DNA from: a virus
Lineage: Duplodnaviria > Caudoviricetes
Length of the DNA: 64,000 bases
Reading direction: 5' to 3' (one strand)
IMG/VR virus record: IMGVR_UViG_3300008107_006173
The position numbers were made by a program, and so were the translations under genes. Positions 1 through 9,511 of this stretch are shown piece by piece (position 1 is the stretch's first letter; each line of letters opens with the position of its first letter). The notes below the pieces were generated by a model. That model did not search any database. It worked only from the letters and a program-made list of their open reading frames with translations, and had not been told where the DNA came from.

Positions 1-1
1 C

Positions 2-382
2 GGTACAGCAACAACAGCACGATATGCTGACTTGGCAGAAAAATATCTAGCAGATGCTGACTACGAAGTTGGTACTGTTATGGTAGTCGGTGGAGAGAAA
101 GAAGTTACAGCTTCTTCAGGATTTGGACAACGTGCAATTGGTGTAGTATCAGCTAACCCAGCTTACATGATGAACAGTGAGCTTGAAGGCGGAACCTACG
201 TAGCACTTAAAGGTCGTGTGCCAGTTAAAGTTACTGGCGTCATCAATAAAGGTGACAGACTCATAGCTTCAAACAATGGCTGTGCAACTGCTGGCGTTAT
301 GCACGCAAATGATGTATTTGCTATTGCACTAGAATCAAAAGCAGATGCAGGCGACGGTGTAGTTGAAGCAGTAATACTATAA
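2..382 (+). CDS. C-terminal part of a tail-fibre/virion protein (5' truncated by the window edge); C-terminal domain resembles the peptidase G2/intramolecular-chaperone type
   Basis: The frame is open from base 2 (GTATTARYADLAEKY...), so the track's start at 32 is internal. ADLAEKY...GVVSANPAYMMN...VALKGRVPVKV is a motif typical of large-phage fibre C-termini. Confidence 0.65.
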   Translation, partial: GTATTARYADLAEKYLADADYEVGTVMVVGGEKEVTASSGFGQRAIGVVSANPAYMMNSELEGGTYVALKGRVPVKVTGVINKGDRLIASNNGCATAGVMHANDVFAIALESKADAGDGVVEAVIL

Positions 383-385
383 ATA
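378..385 (+). promoter_or_regulatory. T4-type late promoter consensus TATAAATA
   Basis: Exact TATAAATA overlapping the upstream stop codon, 25 nt before the ATG at 411 with SD AGGAG. Confidence 0.55.
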
Positions 386-410
386 AAATATAAGGTTTTA
401 GGAGAAAACT

Positions 411-1457
411 ATGCCATCAGGCTCAACAGTTACAATAACAGGCGGTACTAATATGACGCAAGTCGTAGCAGCTACTGACACCGTTCAAGCGGTTGATTTC
501 AACAACGCTAGAACCAATGTTAATAACCTGCTTGGAACAGCACAAGATGTTACGCTAGGCACTTATACTGCTTCTAGTACTTTTGGATACACTCAAGGCG
601 GTACAGCACTTACTGCTGCTAGCGCCAGCGGCTTAGTATATGCTGATAATGCTACTGGTGGTTTTAAGCGACTACAGGACGAAGTGCAGTCCCTATGTGC
701 ATTTTTAGGTCAAACGCTAAGAACAGGCGTTGGTACTGACGTAACAACAGCAACCTCAATCACTGCTGCAACTTGGAACAACTTGATGTTAAACATCAAA
801 GATTGTTGGGACAACAGATTTAGTCCTGCTTCTAGAACTTTATCAACACCAAGCTCAGTTACTAGGTCTACTGCATGGACTAGTTCACTATCAGAAGAAA
901 CAACATTTACTTGGGCAAGTGAAGGTGCATGCCGTGGCTATTTTAATGCAGGCGGACGTATTGGGTTTAGTTCAAGCAGAACTGGCGGTTCTGCTACTAC
1001 ACAAAATACAAACTGGGCATCACTGTTAAGTTCTATGGCTGATGTATTTTTAACTCATGATGACACAATTTGCACAGGTTCAACTGGTACTATTGCAGGA
1101 CTTGGATTTTATGAGTTAACTGCATCCTATCAGCAATTGTATATTAAATATGGTTCAGGTGCTTACGCATCAAACTTCTTTAAAGTTGAAGGAAAAGTTG
1201 ACAGTATAACTAACCCAACTGTGGTTACACTAAGAGCTACATATAGTGATCCTTATACTGCTGCTGCCGCAGCAGCGGCCGACGGTGCTATTGGTCCGGA
1301 TGGCGTTCCAAGTTCAGGTGATGAAGCAAGTGGTTACACTGACAGCATTGACGGTACATTAACTCTAAATTCTAGAAGAGCACTACCGGACGCTAGCGGT
1401 TCAACTATTACTGTTGCTGCTCCAACTGTTTCAATGGGCGCAATTAGCGGTTCATAA
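411..1457 (+). CDS. Putative virion structural protein (Thr/Ser/Gly/Ala-rich)
   Basis: 348 aa, T/S/G/A-rich beta-type composition, follows the fibre gene behind a late-promoter motif, strong SD. Confidence 0.55.
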   Translation: MPSGSTVTITGGTNMTQVVAATDTVQAVDFNNARTNVNNLLGTAQDVTLGTYTASSTFGYTQGGTALTAASASGLVYADNATGGFKRLQDEVQSLCAFLGQTLRTGVGTDVTTATSITAATWNNLMLNIKDCWDNRFSPASRTLSTPSSVTRSTAWTSSLSEETTFTWASEGACRGYFNAGGRIGFSSSRTGGSATTQNTNWASLLSSMADVFLTHDDTICTGSTGTIAGLGFYELTASYQQLYIKYGSGAYASNFFKVEGKVDSITNPTVVTLRATYSDPYTAAAAAAADGAIGPDGVPSSGDEASGYTDSIDGTLTLNSRRALPDASGSTITVAAPTVSMGAISGS

Positions 1458-1475
1458 TAGAATTTAAATAAAAAG

Positions 1476-1506
1476 AAAAAGCCAGTTTTTTAACTGGCTT
1501 TTTTTT
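1476..1506 (+). terminator. Rho-independent terminator
   Basis: AAAAAGCCAGTT-TTTT-AACTGGCTTTTTTTT hairpin with T tract, and an A tract on the other side. Confidence 0.85.
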
Positions 1507-1557
1507 GCTTGCGTAAATATAACGAAGATTTGTAAAAATAATAGGAGTGAATACTTT

Positions 1558-1749
1558 ATGAAGTCATTTGCAATCGTTTCAGCTTTAGCTCTTTCACTAG
1601 CTCTTACTGCTTGCGGTAAGAAGGAAGAAGCTGCCCCAGTAGAGGCTGCACCAGCTGTTGAGGCTCCGGCCGAAGCTGCTGTTACCGAAGCTGCACCAGC
1701 TGATGCTACTGTTGCAGCAGAAGCTGCACCAGTTGAAGCTGCTGAGTAA
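1558..1749 (+). CDS. Small Ala/Glu/Pro-rich lipoprotein
   Basis: Signal peptide MKSFAIVSALALSLALTA-C with lipobox LTAC, then EAAP repeats; SD AGGAG. Confidence 0.85.
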   Translation: MKSFAIVSALALSLALTACGKKEEAAPVEAAPAVEAPAEAAVTEAAPADATVAAEAAPVEAAE

Positions 1750-1793
1750 TTTTACCTGGGTCAAGCCCAAGTAATTACATAAAAGAGTAGATT

Positions 1794-1827
1794 AAAAAGC
1801 CAGTTACTTCGGTAGCTGGCTTTTTTT
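1794..1827 (+). terminator. Rho-independent terminator
   Basis: AAAAAGCCAGTTAC-TTCG-GTAGCTGGCTTTTTTT, with a C(UUCG)G tetraloop. Confidence 0.9.
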
Positions 1828-1843
1828 ATTTGTAAATATTGAT

Positions 1844-2203
1844 ATGAGTACACGATTAGAAAAAGCACTAGAGTTTTCAAACTACAGAACATCTCTAAAT
1901 AATCAACAAGCACAATTACGAGCTAAGACGCAAAGTCTTTTGAGTTATAGTGTTAACGGCGGAACTTTTACTATTGATACTACATTGATCAATTTTTGTA
2001 AACTATTAGTTGATGCAAATAAGGACACAGCAATATTGCTGGACATCTATGATAATCCTGTTCAAGTAGAAGTTAAACCGTTTTATGAAGAAATACTTAG
2101 TCGTTATTTTGAAGTTACTAACGATTACTATGCTGAGTACGAGAAACTACGCAAAGCCCGCAAAGTACACAAGGTATTAGATCTCAATGAAAAAGGAGAA
2201 TAG
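1844..2203 (+). CDS. Hypothetical phage protein
   Basis: 119-aa ORF, GTAAATA at 1832-1838 upstream, overlaps the next gene. Confidence 0.7.
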   Translation: MSTRLEKALEFSNYRTSLNNQQAQLRAKTQSLLSYSVNGGTFTIDTTLINFCKLLVDANKDTAILLDIYDNPVQVEVKPFYEEILSRYFEVTNDYYAEYEKLRKARKVHKVLDLNEKGE

Positions 2204-3092
2204 TCGAGGCTTTATAATGTTCGCTCACAATAACGCAGAGATTGATTATTTTAAACTTGCGGTTATTAACAGCTTACTCATACAAAAGCATCTAGGTATA
2301 AGCAACATCACTGTAGTTACAGATCCACACAGCTATAGTTACGCTGTCGAATCGCTTGGCGAAGATTTAATTAAATCTGCGATTAACAATTTAATTGTAG
2401 TTGAAAAAGACAAAGAATTCAAATCTCAAAATATTAGAGTGTTTAAAGATACTAGTCACACCGCAAAACAATTACCATTCTATAATATAAATCGCTGTGA
2501 TGCTTATGACCTAAGTCCCTACGACGAAACGATTTTACTTGATGTTGATTATCTGATACTTAGCGATACGCTTAACCAGTGTTGGGGACACAATGAAGAA
2601 ATAATGATGAACTGGCGGTATCAAGATATAATGTTTGACCGCAAAGATTATACTCTAGATAGATTAAATCCTTTTGGTATTACTATGTATTGGGCAACTG
2701 TTGTTTATTTTAAAAAGTCTGCTTATGCTGAAACATTTTTTAATTTAGTTAAGCATGTAAAAAACAATATTGCTTACTATAAAGATTTGTACAGGTGGTC
2801 TGGTAACTTATATAGAAATGACTATAGTTTCAGTATCGCAGCTCATGTTATGAGCGGATTTGTTGATAAGGGTATTCCACAGTTACCAACAACGCTATAT
2901 AAAACATTTGACACAGATGATATACATAAAGCTATAGATGAAAAAACACTAATCATGTATTTAGAAAAGCCTCGCAGCCCTGGAGACTTTATACTAACTA
3001 AATGGAGTGGCGTAGATTTGCATGTTATGAATAAATGGGCAATAAACAGAATAAGCGAGGAAATGTTAGATCATGTTAGAAACAATTTGTGA
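2187..3092 (+). CDS. GT-A fold glycosyltransferase-like protein (GT8-like)
   Basis: SPYDETILLDVDY DxD motif; paralog of 3875..4738. Confidence 0.65.
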   Translation: MKKENSRGFIMFAHNNAEIDYFKLAVINSLLIQKHLGISNITVVTDPHSYSYAVESLGEDLIKSAINNLIVVEKDKEFKSQNIRVFKDTSHTAKQLPFYNINRCDAYDLSPYDETILLDVDYLILSDTLNQCWGHNEEIMMNWRYQDIMFDRKDYTLDRLNPFGITMYWATVVYFKKSAYAETFFNLVKHVKNNIAYYKDLYRWSGNLYRNDYSFSIAAHVMSGFVDKGIPQLPTTLYKTFDTDDIHKAIDEKTLIMYLEKPRSPGDFILTKWSGVDLHVMNKWAINRISEEMLDHVRNNL

Positions 3093-3705
3093 TACACTAG
3101 TAGAAGCATATAAGCGCAACTGGATTACCAGTCGCGACGGCAATGTAAGTATTCGTCACCATGACCGTAATCATTTCTATATTACGCCTAGCGGTGTGCG
3201 TAAACAAACTCTACAGCCCGATCAATTTAAGAAGATTGGGTTAATGGATACTGGTACGGAAACAATCTGCAAAATTCTACCTTATACTTCTATCTCTAGC
3301 GAGTTGCAACCAAGCGGTGAAATTCCACTGCACTTTGGGTTACAAAAAGCATTAGGACAACACAAAGACGATGTACGAGTAGTTATGCACTTGCACCCTA
3401 CATATTGTGTAGCAGCTATGCACGCCGGCATTGAACTAGCTGATTTAGTAAAATATTTTCCTGAACTAGGACGCTATACGCGAGTAGCACCTAATGTGCC
3501 AGACGTTCCGCCCATCAGTGAAGAACTAGCCACAAAGTGTCATGAGAACTTACAACTTGATAAAGATGGCAACATTGCCTACGACATTGTGGGCATTAAA
3601 GGACATGGTGTGGTAAGTATCGATACAAGTCCGTGGCGTGCCATGGAACACATTGAACGCCTAGAACATATTTGTAAGATTGTGTTAGCTAGCGGTGTAA
3701 AGTGA
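3073..3705 (+). CDS. Class II aldolase/adducin family protein
   Basis: GNVS, YITPSG, PSGEIPLH, HLHPTY and GHGVV motifs (Zn-binding His set). Confidence 0.85.
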   Translation: MLETICDTLVEAYKRNWITSRDGNVSIRHHDRNHFYITPSGVRKQTLQPDQFKKIGLMDTGTETICKILPYTSISSELQPSGEIPLHFGLQKALGQHKDDVRVVMHLHPTYCVAAMHAGIELADLVKYFPELGRYTRVAPNVPDVPPISEELATKCHENLQLDKDGNIAYDIVGIKGHGVVSIDTSPWRAMEHIERLEHICKIVLASGVK

Positions 3706-3878
3706 AATACAAAACCAAGTGGAACAGTTTAAGCGATTTTAAAAGTTTCTTAGAAAAAGAAAGCAAAGAAGAAATTGTCAGTTTCAATGGATACGAATTA
3801 ATAACTAAGAAAGCTAGATATAGTTTAGCATTCGGACAATTAACAGTAGAAGAAAAAAGTAAAAAGAAGAAAAAATGA
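3702..3878 (+). CDS. Small basic hypothetical protein, 58 aa (not in the ORF track)
   Basis: GTG start overlapping the aldolase TGA and TGA overlapping the next ATG; MKYKTKWNSLSDFKSFLEK...KKKKK fills the gap exactly. Confidence 0.65.
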   Translation: MKYKTKWNSLSDFKSFLEKESKEEIVSFNGYELITKKARYSLAFGQLTVEEKSKKKKK

Positions 3879-4738
3879 GTCGAGGTTATATTGTTATAGC
3901 ACAAAACACAAAGTCTGTTGATTATCTTCAACAGGCATATGCTCTTGCGCTTAACTTAAAACTTACTCAAAGCACAGTTAATAATCTAACTGTATGTGTC
4001 GATCCGGCAACAAAAAAACTAATTACAAGTAAACATAAAAAAGTGTTTGACCATATTGTTGATATTCCGTGGAACGACGAAGCTGAGCAGTCGGACTGGA
4101 AGATTAATAACAAATGGAAATACCTGTATATGACTCCGTATGATGAAACAGTCATACTCGATACTGATATGATATTCCCTACAGATGTCAGTCATTGGTG
4201 GGATATTTTAAGTCAGCGTGATATATGGGCTACTACTAAGGTACGCACCTACAAAGGTGAAATAGTAAGTAGTGACTACTATAGAAAGTATTTTACACTT
4301 AATAATTTACCAAATGTATATACAGCATTCTTTTACTTTAAAAAGTGCGAGTTAGCTAGTGAATTATTTGCTATGAACGAAATCATATTTCAAAATTGGC
4401 AGAGATTCTTTTTTAAATATATGCCTAAGGGTAAGCCAGAATTTTTAAGTGGTGACGTGGCATTTGCACTGGCTATGAAATTACTGGATATTGAGCACGA
4501 ATGTACTCGAGAGAATATTGACACAGTACCGACCTTTGTTCATATGAAAAGTCATATTCAAAATGTTCCCACAAGTTTAATCGATGAAAACTGGAGCAAC
4601 ACTCTACCCACTTATTATAGAAGTTATAAAGATTTTCATATTGGAAATTTTGCACAGCACCTACCCTTTCACTATGTTGAGAAGGATTGGCTTACATCTA
4701 ACATGATAAAACAAATGGAAAAAGATTATGGTATCTGA
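3875..4738 (+). CDS. GT-A fold glycosyltransferase-like protein (GT8-like)
   Basis: TPYDETVILDTDM DxD motif; NVYTAFFYFKK parallels the paralog at 2187. Confidence 0.65.
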   Translation: MSRGYIVIAQNTKSVDYLQQAYALALNLKLTQSTVNNLTVCVDPATKKLITSKHKKVFDHIVDIPWNDEAEQSDWKINNKWKYLYMTPYDETVILDTDMIFPTDVSHWWDILSQRDIWATTKVRTYKGEIVSSDYYRKYFTLNNLPNVYTAFFYFKKCELASELFAMNEIIFQNWQRFFFKYMPKGKPEFLSGDVAFALAMKLLDIEHECTRENIDTVPTFVHMKSHIQNVPTSLIDENWSNTLPTYYRSYKDFHIGNFAQHLPFHYVEKDWLTSNMIKQMEKDYGI

Positions 4739-5378
4739 AGCAGAAGAACGACGCCTTAAGTTTTTAGAAGCTAAAAAGGCTGCTGGCGGATCTGCCAGAG
4801 ACTTAATGAAGCAAGTCGAAGCAAGACCTTACATGGTATATTTTGACGATGCAGGTAATATTTTATGTGTTACTAAAGAAGATGTAATACCAGAACCGTC
4901 CTGGACTAACAGTCATGAATTCACATGGGAACAGGTTAGAATTCTAGAAGGCAAAAATATAAATCTATTTTATGTTAAAAAGGATCAGTTTGTAGATAAT
5001 CTTTACAGTATTGAGTCTAGACCCACTGAAAAGATACATGTGAGTGCAGACAACGACTTTTTGTATTTGATTACAGAAAACGTCTCGACGCCTGATATTA
5101 CATGTTCATTATCGCCAACAGAATTCACAGTTACACTAAGTGATAATATGCTGGATAAGTATTCTAAAATTGATAAAAGTCAAATAGCAATCAATGGTAA
5201 AAAAATATTAAAGTTTTTTCTTACAGCCAAAAACGATCCGCATTTCATGCTTACTACAATTTCAGTTGCCCTGCCAAATTTGGTAGAAAAGAAGACTATT
5301 AGTTTTAGCTTGCCCGACAACTACAGCCAATGTAGTATCTATACCTCAAAAGTGTTTGATAAATATGTGCGTACTTAA
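4728..5378 (+). CDS. Hypothetical protein
   Basis: 216-aa ORF translationally coupled to the upstream gene. Confidence 0.7.
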   Translation: MVSEAEERRLKFLEAKKAAGGSARDLMKQVEARPYMVYFDDAGNILCVTKEDVIPEPSWTNSHEFTWEQVRILEGKNINLFYVKKDQFVDNLYSIESRPTEKIHVSADNDFLYLITENVSTPDITCSLSPTEFTVTLSDNMLDKYSKIDKSQIAINGKKILKFFLTAKNDPHFMLTTISVALPNLVEKKTISFSLPDNYSQCSIYTSKVFDKYVRT

Positions 5379-5393
5379 TCACAGGACACACAT

Positions 5394-6392
5394 ATGGCTA
5401 AAATTGATGTTACCGAACTAGACATCTTCTATATCTCTTATGATGAGCCCAATGCAGAAGAAAACTGGGCCGACCTGCTAAACAAGGTGCCATGGGCAAA
5501 GCGTGTACACGGTGTCAAGGGATTTGATGCTGCCCATAAAGAGTGCGCCCGCCAAAGTGAAACTGAACGCTTTATTACAGTAGACGGTGATAACATCGTT
5601 ATGGACGAATTTTTTGAACAGGTTCTAGATGTACCTGATACGGACCATGACGGTAATGATATCAGTGAAAGCATCTTTAGCTGGAACGCTAAGAACTTGC
5701 TTAACGGCCTAGTATACGGCAACGGTGGACTAAAGTGCTGGCCCAAAGAATACGCACTACGAATGAATACACACGAGTCAGCTGATGACGGAGAGGGTAT
5801 GGAATTTTGCTGGAAGTTAAACTATATTCAGCTTAATGATACATTCAGCGAAGTACATCAAACAGCAAGCCCATTTCAAGCATTCCGCGCTGGCTTTAGA
5901 GAAGGTGTAAAGATGAGCTTGGATCAAGGTAAGCGTGTTCGTGCTGATGAGTTTATTCAAAAGATTTGGTGGCAGAATTACAATCGTTTACAAACATGGT
6001 GCAATATTGGCAGCGATGTAGAGAACGGACTTTGGGCGATCTACGGAGCCCGATTAGGATGCTATAAAACTGTTTTAACCGACTGGGATACTAATCAAAT
6101 TTCAGATTATGAATGGTTCAAAGACTTTTTTAACAAAGAAGTAGCACCGCAGTTTGTGGGCGATACAGTTTGCCGCTATACAAAGGTTGCATGGAACAAA
6201 GAAATGTTGTATAATACTGTATGCGATCTAGGTAAAGAGCTTAATGAAAGCATTAACGAAATGATGCTGTTTGATCCAGACACACAGATGTGTAAGTTCT
6301 TTAAAAAGACTTTTGTAAACCCACGTCGCTGGGGTGTAATGATTCGTGAAAAGCAGATTCAAGACTTGTTGGAAAAGGGCCTGCTTCAATGA
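5394..6392 (+). CDS. GT-A (GT2-like) glycosyltransferase-like protein
   Basis: DIFYISYDEP...HGVKGFDAAH...FITVDGD (DxD)...YGNGGLK; paralogous to the last domain of 26685..29987. Confidence 0.65.
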   Translation: MAKIDVTELDIFYISYDEPNAEENWADLLNKVPWAKRVHGVKGFDAAHKECARQSETERFITVDGDNIVMDEFFEQVLDVPDTDHDGNDISESIFSWNAKNLLNGLVYGNGGLKCWPKEYALRMNTHESADDGEGMEFCWKLNYIQLNDTFSEVHQTASPFQAFRAGFREGVKMSLDQGKRVRADEFIQKIWWQNYNRLQTWCNIGSDVENGLWAIYGARLGCYKTVLTDWDTNQISDYEWFKDFFNKEVAPQFVGDTVCRYTKVAWNKEMLYNTVCDLGKELNESINEMMLFDPDTQMCKFFKKTFVNPRRWGVMIREKQIQDLLEKGLLQ

Positions 6393-7249
6393 GCAAAAAG
6401 AGGCTAGTTGTCTACGGCTGTAGTTTTAGTAGTGGCAGCGCAAATGCAGCTATCGGTGGTACTGAACATGACTCTGATTCAAAAACGAACTACGCAAACC
6501 TAGCAGGACAGAAACTTGGCTATGATAAAATTATTCTAAATGGCATTGGCGGTTTTTCTAACCAGCAGATCACAAGTAGAATTATTCATGATATACAAAA
6601 TGAAGTAATAGAACCAACCGATGATATATTAATACAGCAGACTTCACAGTGGCGTAAAAATATAGGTGATACTAGGTTTGATGGTGTCACAATGCACACA
6701 CCTGATGTTATTGATTATAATCATGTAAGATATTCCAATGATGATTTTTTAAGAGAGCTCGTTAATCATCAAACAGCTTTACATTGGTATACTAATGGTG
6801 CACAATATCTACCTTGGGGAGGTATAAGAGAGATTTCTTCCAATTTAGAAACTGTGTCAATAGTTAAAAAAACAATCGCAGAATGGGATCTTTTGTTAAC
6901 TAATCTATGTTTCTTAACTACTGCATTATCTGCTTTAGACATAAAGTTTCCTGGTAACAAAATATTTGTTATGCCGTTTGTGCCACTAACTAATGGTTCA
7001 TACGAAAAAGCTGTTGATGGTATAAACGGCCAACAGTTATTAAGTTTATTATATAGCGGTTGGGCGAGCAGTATTGATACACATAGATTTCACATTTTAA
7101 CTGTTAATCCCTTTAACTACTATCAAAATAATCCTAACTATTGGGATGAGAATAATAAGAATCATAGAAAAGTAGATCACAGCACAGAAGAATTCCATAG
7201 TAACTTTGCTGATTTATTGTACAAACAGATGAAACCATTTTATGACTAG
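6389..7249 (+). CDS. SGNH/GDSL-like hydrolase or acyltransferase
   Basis: N-terminal LVVYGCSFS block, GGFSN block II, C-terminal His (VDHS). Confidence 0.55.
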   Translation: MSKKRLVVYGCSFSSGSANAAIGGTEHDSDSKTNYANLAGQKLGYDKIILNGIGGFSNQQITSRIIHDIQNEVIEPTDDILIQQTSQWRKNIGDTRFDGVTMHTPDVIDYNHVRYSNDDFLRELVNHQTALHWYTNGAQYLPWGGIREISSNLETVSIVKKTIAEWDLLLTNLCFLTTALSALDIKFPGNKIFVMPFVPLTNGSYEKAVDGINGQQLLSLLYSGWASSIDTHRFHILTVNPFNYYQNNPNYWDENNKNHRKVDHSTEEFHSNFADLLYKQMKPFYD

Positions 7250-8777
7250 TCATTATGAAGCTGCCGCAGATGCAGCACAAAAAGAATTAGACACTATTAG
7301 TCCTACTATGTGTTATGCAAAGTGGGCGCAGGTATCTATGCATCTTACTAATGGAATGACGCATAGTTGTTATCATCCGCCAACGCATAAGATTCCTCTA
7401 GAGGAACTAGGAGTTAACCCCAGCGCACTTCACAATACCTTAGAGAAGAAAGAACAACGACGTGAAATGTTAGACGGTAAGAGACCAGCCGGCTGTAGTT
7501 ATTGCTGGCGTATCGAAGACGTTGGCGGGCGCAGTGATCGTGTTTACCGCAGTGGTGAGTACTGGGCACAGAATGCCAAAGAAGATATTAAGGCCGCCGG
7601 CTGGCAGGGTAATATTAATCCTCGCTATGTAGAAGTAAACTTTAACCAAGCCTGTAACTTTAAATGTAGCTATTGCAGTCCACATCTAAGCACTAGCTGG
7701 CATCAAGAGATTAAAGACCATGGCCCATATCAAATTGTGGGCGGCGAGCATAACAACACAGAAAGTTTAGCTCGCGCAGGACTAATGCCATTGCGTGTAG
7801 CACAGGATGAAAATCCATATGTAGAAGCGTTCTGGAAGTGGTGGCCCGAACTGTATAAAAGTCTAGAAGTGTTTCGTATGACTGGTGGTGAGCCATTAAT
7901 GGATGTAAACACTTTTAAAGTATTGGACTATGTACACAAGAATCCTAACGCATGGTTAGAGATGAGTGTTACAAGCAACATGTGTCCGCCAAAGCCACAG
8001 CTAATGGACAAGTTTATTGAATCGCTACAGAGACTAGAACAGATTCAAATTTGGGAAGATCCACAGAAGTTTAATCCAAACAGTGGAAACAACTGGTATG
8101 TAGCACCAGCTTGTAAGAACTTTGCTGTGTTTGTTAGCTGTGATGGTTTTGGTAAGCAAGCCGAGTATATGCGTAACGGCATGGACTTTGAAGTACTAAA
8201 GAAGAATGTGTTGCGTGTATTACGCGAAACAGACAACACTACTATCACATTTATTAATACATTTAATGCACTTAGCCTAACCAGCTTCCGTGAATGGCTA
8301 CAGTGGATACTTGAACTTCGTGAGGAGTTTGCTAAAGATCGTCAAGGTACAAAATATGTACCTATTCCTGATAATGGCGGGCATAAGCACCCGGACTACG
8401 AAATTAAACCAAAGCAGCGTATTTGGTTTGATATTCCATTACTTCGCGCACCATTATGGCAATGCATACAAGTAATGCCCGAATGGTATCAAGACTACCT
8501 AGAAGAAGCTATCGCGTTTATGGAAATCAACCGCGCAAACGAAGAACACATAGACTATAGAGGCTTTAAGGACTTTGAAATTGATAAAGCCAAAAGAAAC
8601 CTAGAATGGATGAAAGCAGGCAATAAGTTAACTGAAGAAGAAGTACTAAAAGCGCGAGCTAATTTTTATAAGTTCTTTACGCAACATGATCAGCGTAGAG
8701 ACACAGACTTTTTATCAGTGTTCCCGGAAATGGAAGACTGGTGGCAGATTTGTCAAGCAGCGGAGGCACTAGTATAA
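7242..8777 (+). CDS. Twitch-domain radical SAM protein
   Basis: CNFKCSYC (CxxxCxxC), TGGEPL, N-terminal Cys set CYAKW/SCYH/GCSYC. Confidence 0.9.
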   Translation: MTSHYEAAADAAQKELDTISPTMCYAKWAQVSMHLTNGMTHSCYHPPTHKIPLEELGVNPSALHNTLEKKEQRREMLDGKRPAGCSYCWRIEDVGGRSDRVYRSGEYWAQNAKEDIKAAGWQGNINPRYVEVNFNQACNFKCSYCSPHLSTSWHQEIKDHGPYQIVGGEHNNTESLARAGLMPLRVAQDENPYVEAFWKWWPELYKSLEVFRMTGGEPLMDVNTFKVLDYVHKNPNAWLEMSVTSNMCPPKPQLMDKFIESLQRLEQIQIWEDPQKFNPNSGNNWYVAPACKNFAVFVSCDGFGKQAEYMRNGMDFEVLKKNVLRVLRETDNTTITFINTFNALSLTSFREWLQWILELREEFAKDRQGTKYVPIPDNGGHKHPDYEIKPKQRIWFDIPLLRAPLWQCIQVMPEWYQDYLEEAIAFMEINRANEEHIDYRGFKDFEIDKAKRNLEWMKAGNKLTEEEVLKARANFYKFFTQHDQRRDTDFLSVFPEMEDWWQICQAAEALV

Positions 8778-8779
8778 CT

Positions 8780-9496
8780 ATGTCAAAGATAGTATTTTTA
8801 GGAGATAGTTTAACCGCAGATATTCCTTATGGTGAGAAAAAAAGCTGGGTTAAAAAATTCTGTACAGAGTATGATTTTTCTTATAAAAATCTAGCAGTAA
8901 CAGCTGGTAATAATAAAACTCAAGTTATCAAACTACAACATTATTTACTTAGTGATGAGTACGATAAAAATGATATCTTCTTTTGGGAAATAAATGCCAG
9001 CGGTAGAGTAAATGTATTATTCAATCGAAAACAAATAGTTGGCGATAAAACATTAGAAGATGCTGTAAACACAACTCGAGAATCTGAATTTAGTGAGCAC
9101 ATTACTAATGTAAGTAATGTTTTTAAAAATGATAATTATGGTATGATACTTTGCCATCCAAAGTTAAATCTATATAGAAGATTAGTCGATCCTTACGATT
9201 TACAGAATGTTGAAGAGTTTGTATTACAAGAAGTATTATCACAAATCAAACTATTATCACAAGCAGGGCATACAGTTATTGTAGTTTTGGGTTGGCGTGA
9301 TTGTTTAGCTGAAAATCACAAAGAAGTGTTCTTTCAACAATTAAATAAGACTAGCGCACACATAATAGATGCAGAAATTTTAGAATGGTGTATTGATCAA
9401 AATTTACCCATAGACGATGATGGGCTGCATCCCGATCAATTGAGTGCTACATTATTATGGGCTAAAGCACATCTATTACCAATACTAAAAAAATAA
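8780..9496 (+). CDS. SGNH/GDSL-like hydrolase or acyltransferase
   Basis: IVFLGDSLT, NLAVTAGN, DGLHP (DxxH); start re-called at ATG 8780. Confidence 0.7.
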   Translation: MSKIVFLGDSLTADIPYGEKKSWVKKFCTEYDFSYKNLAVTAGNNKTQVIKLQHYLLSDEYDKNDIFFWEINASGRVNVLFNRKQIVGDKTLEDAVNTTRESEFSEHITNVSNVFKNDNYGMILCHPKLNLYRRLVDPYDLQNVEEFVLQEVLSQIKLLSQAGHTVIVVLGWRDCLAENHKEVFFQQLNKTSAHIIDAEILEWCIDQNLPIDDDGLHPDQLSATLLWAKAHLLPILKK

Positions 9497-9511
9497 AGCA
9501 GAGGACAAACA

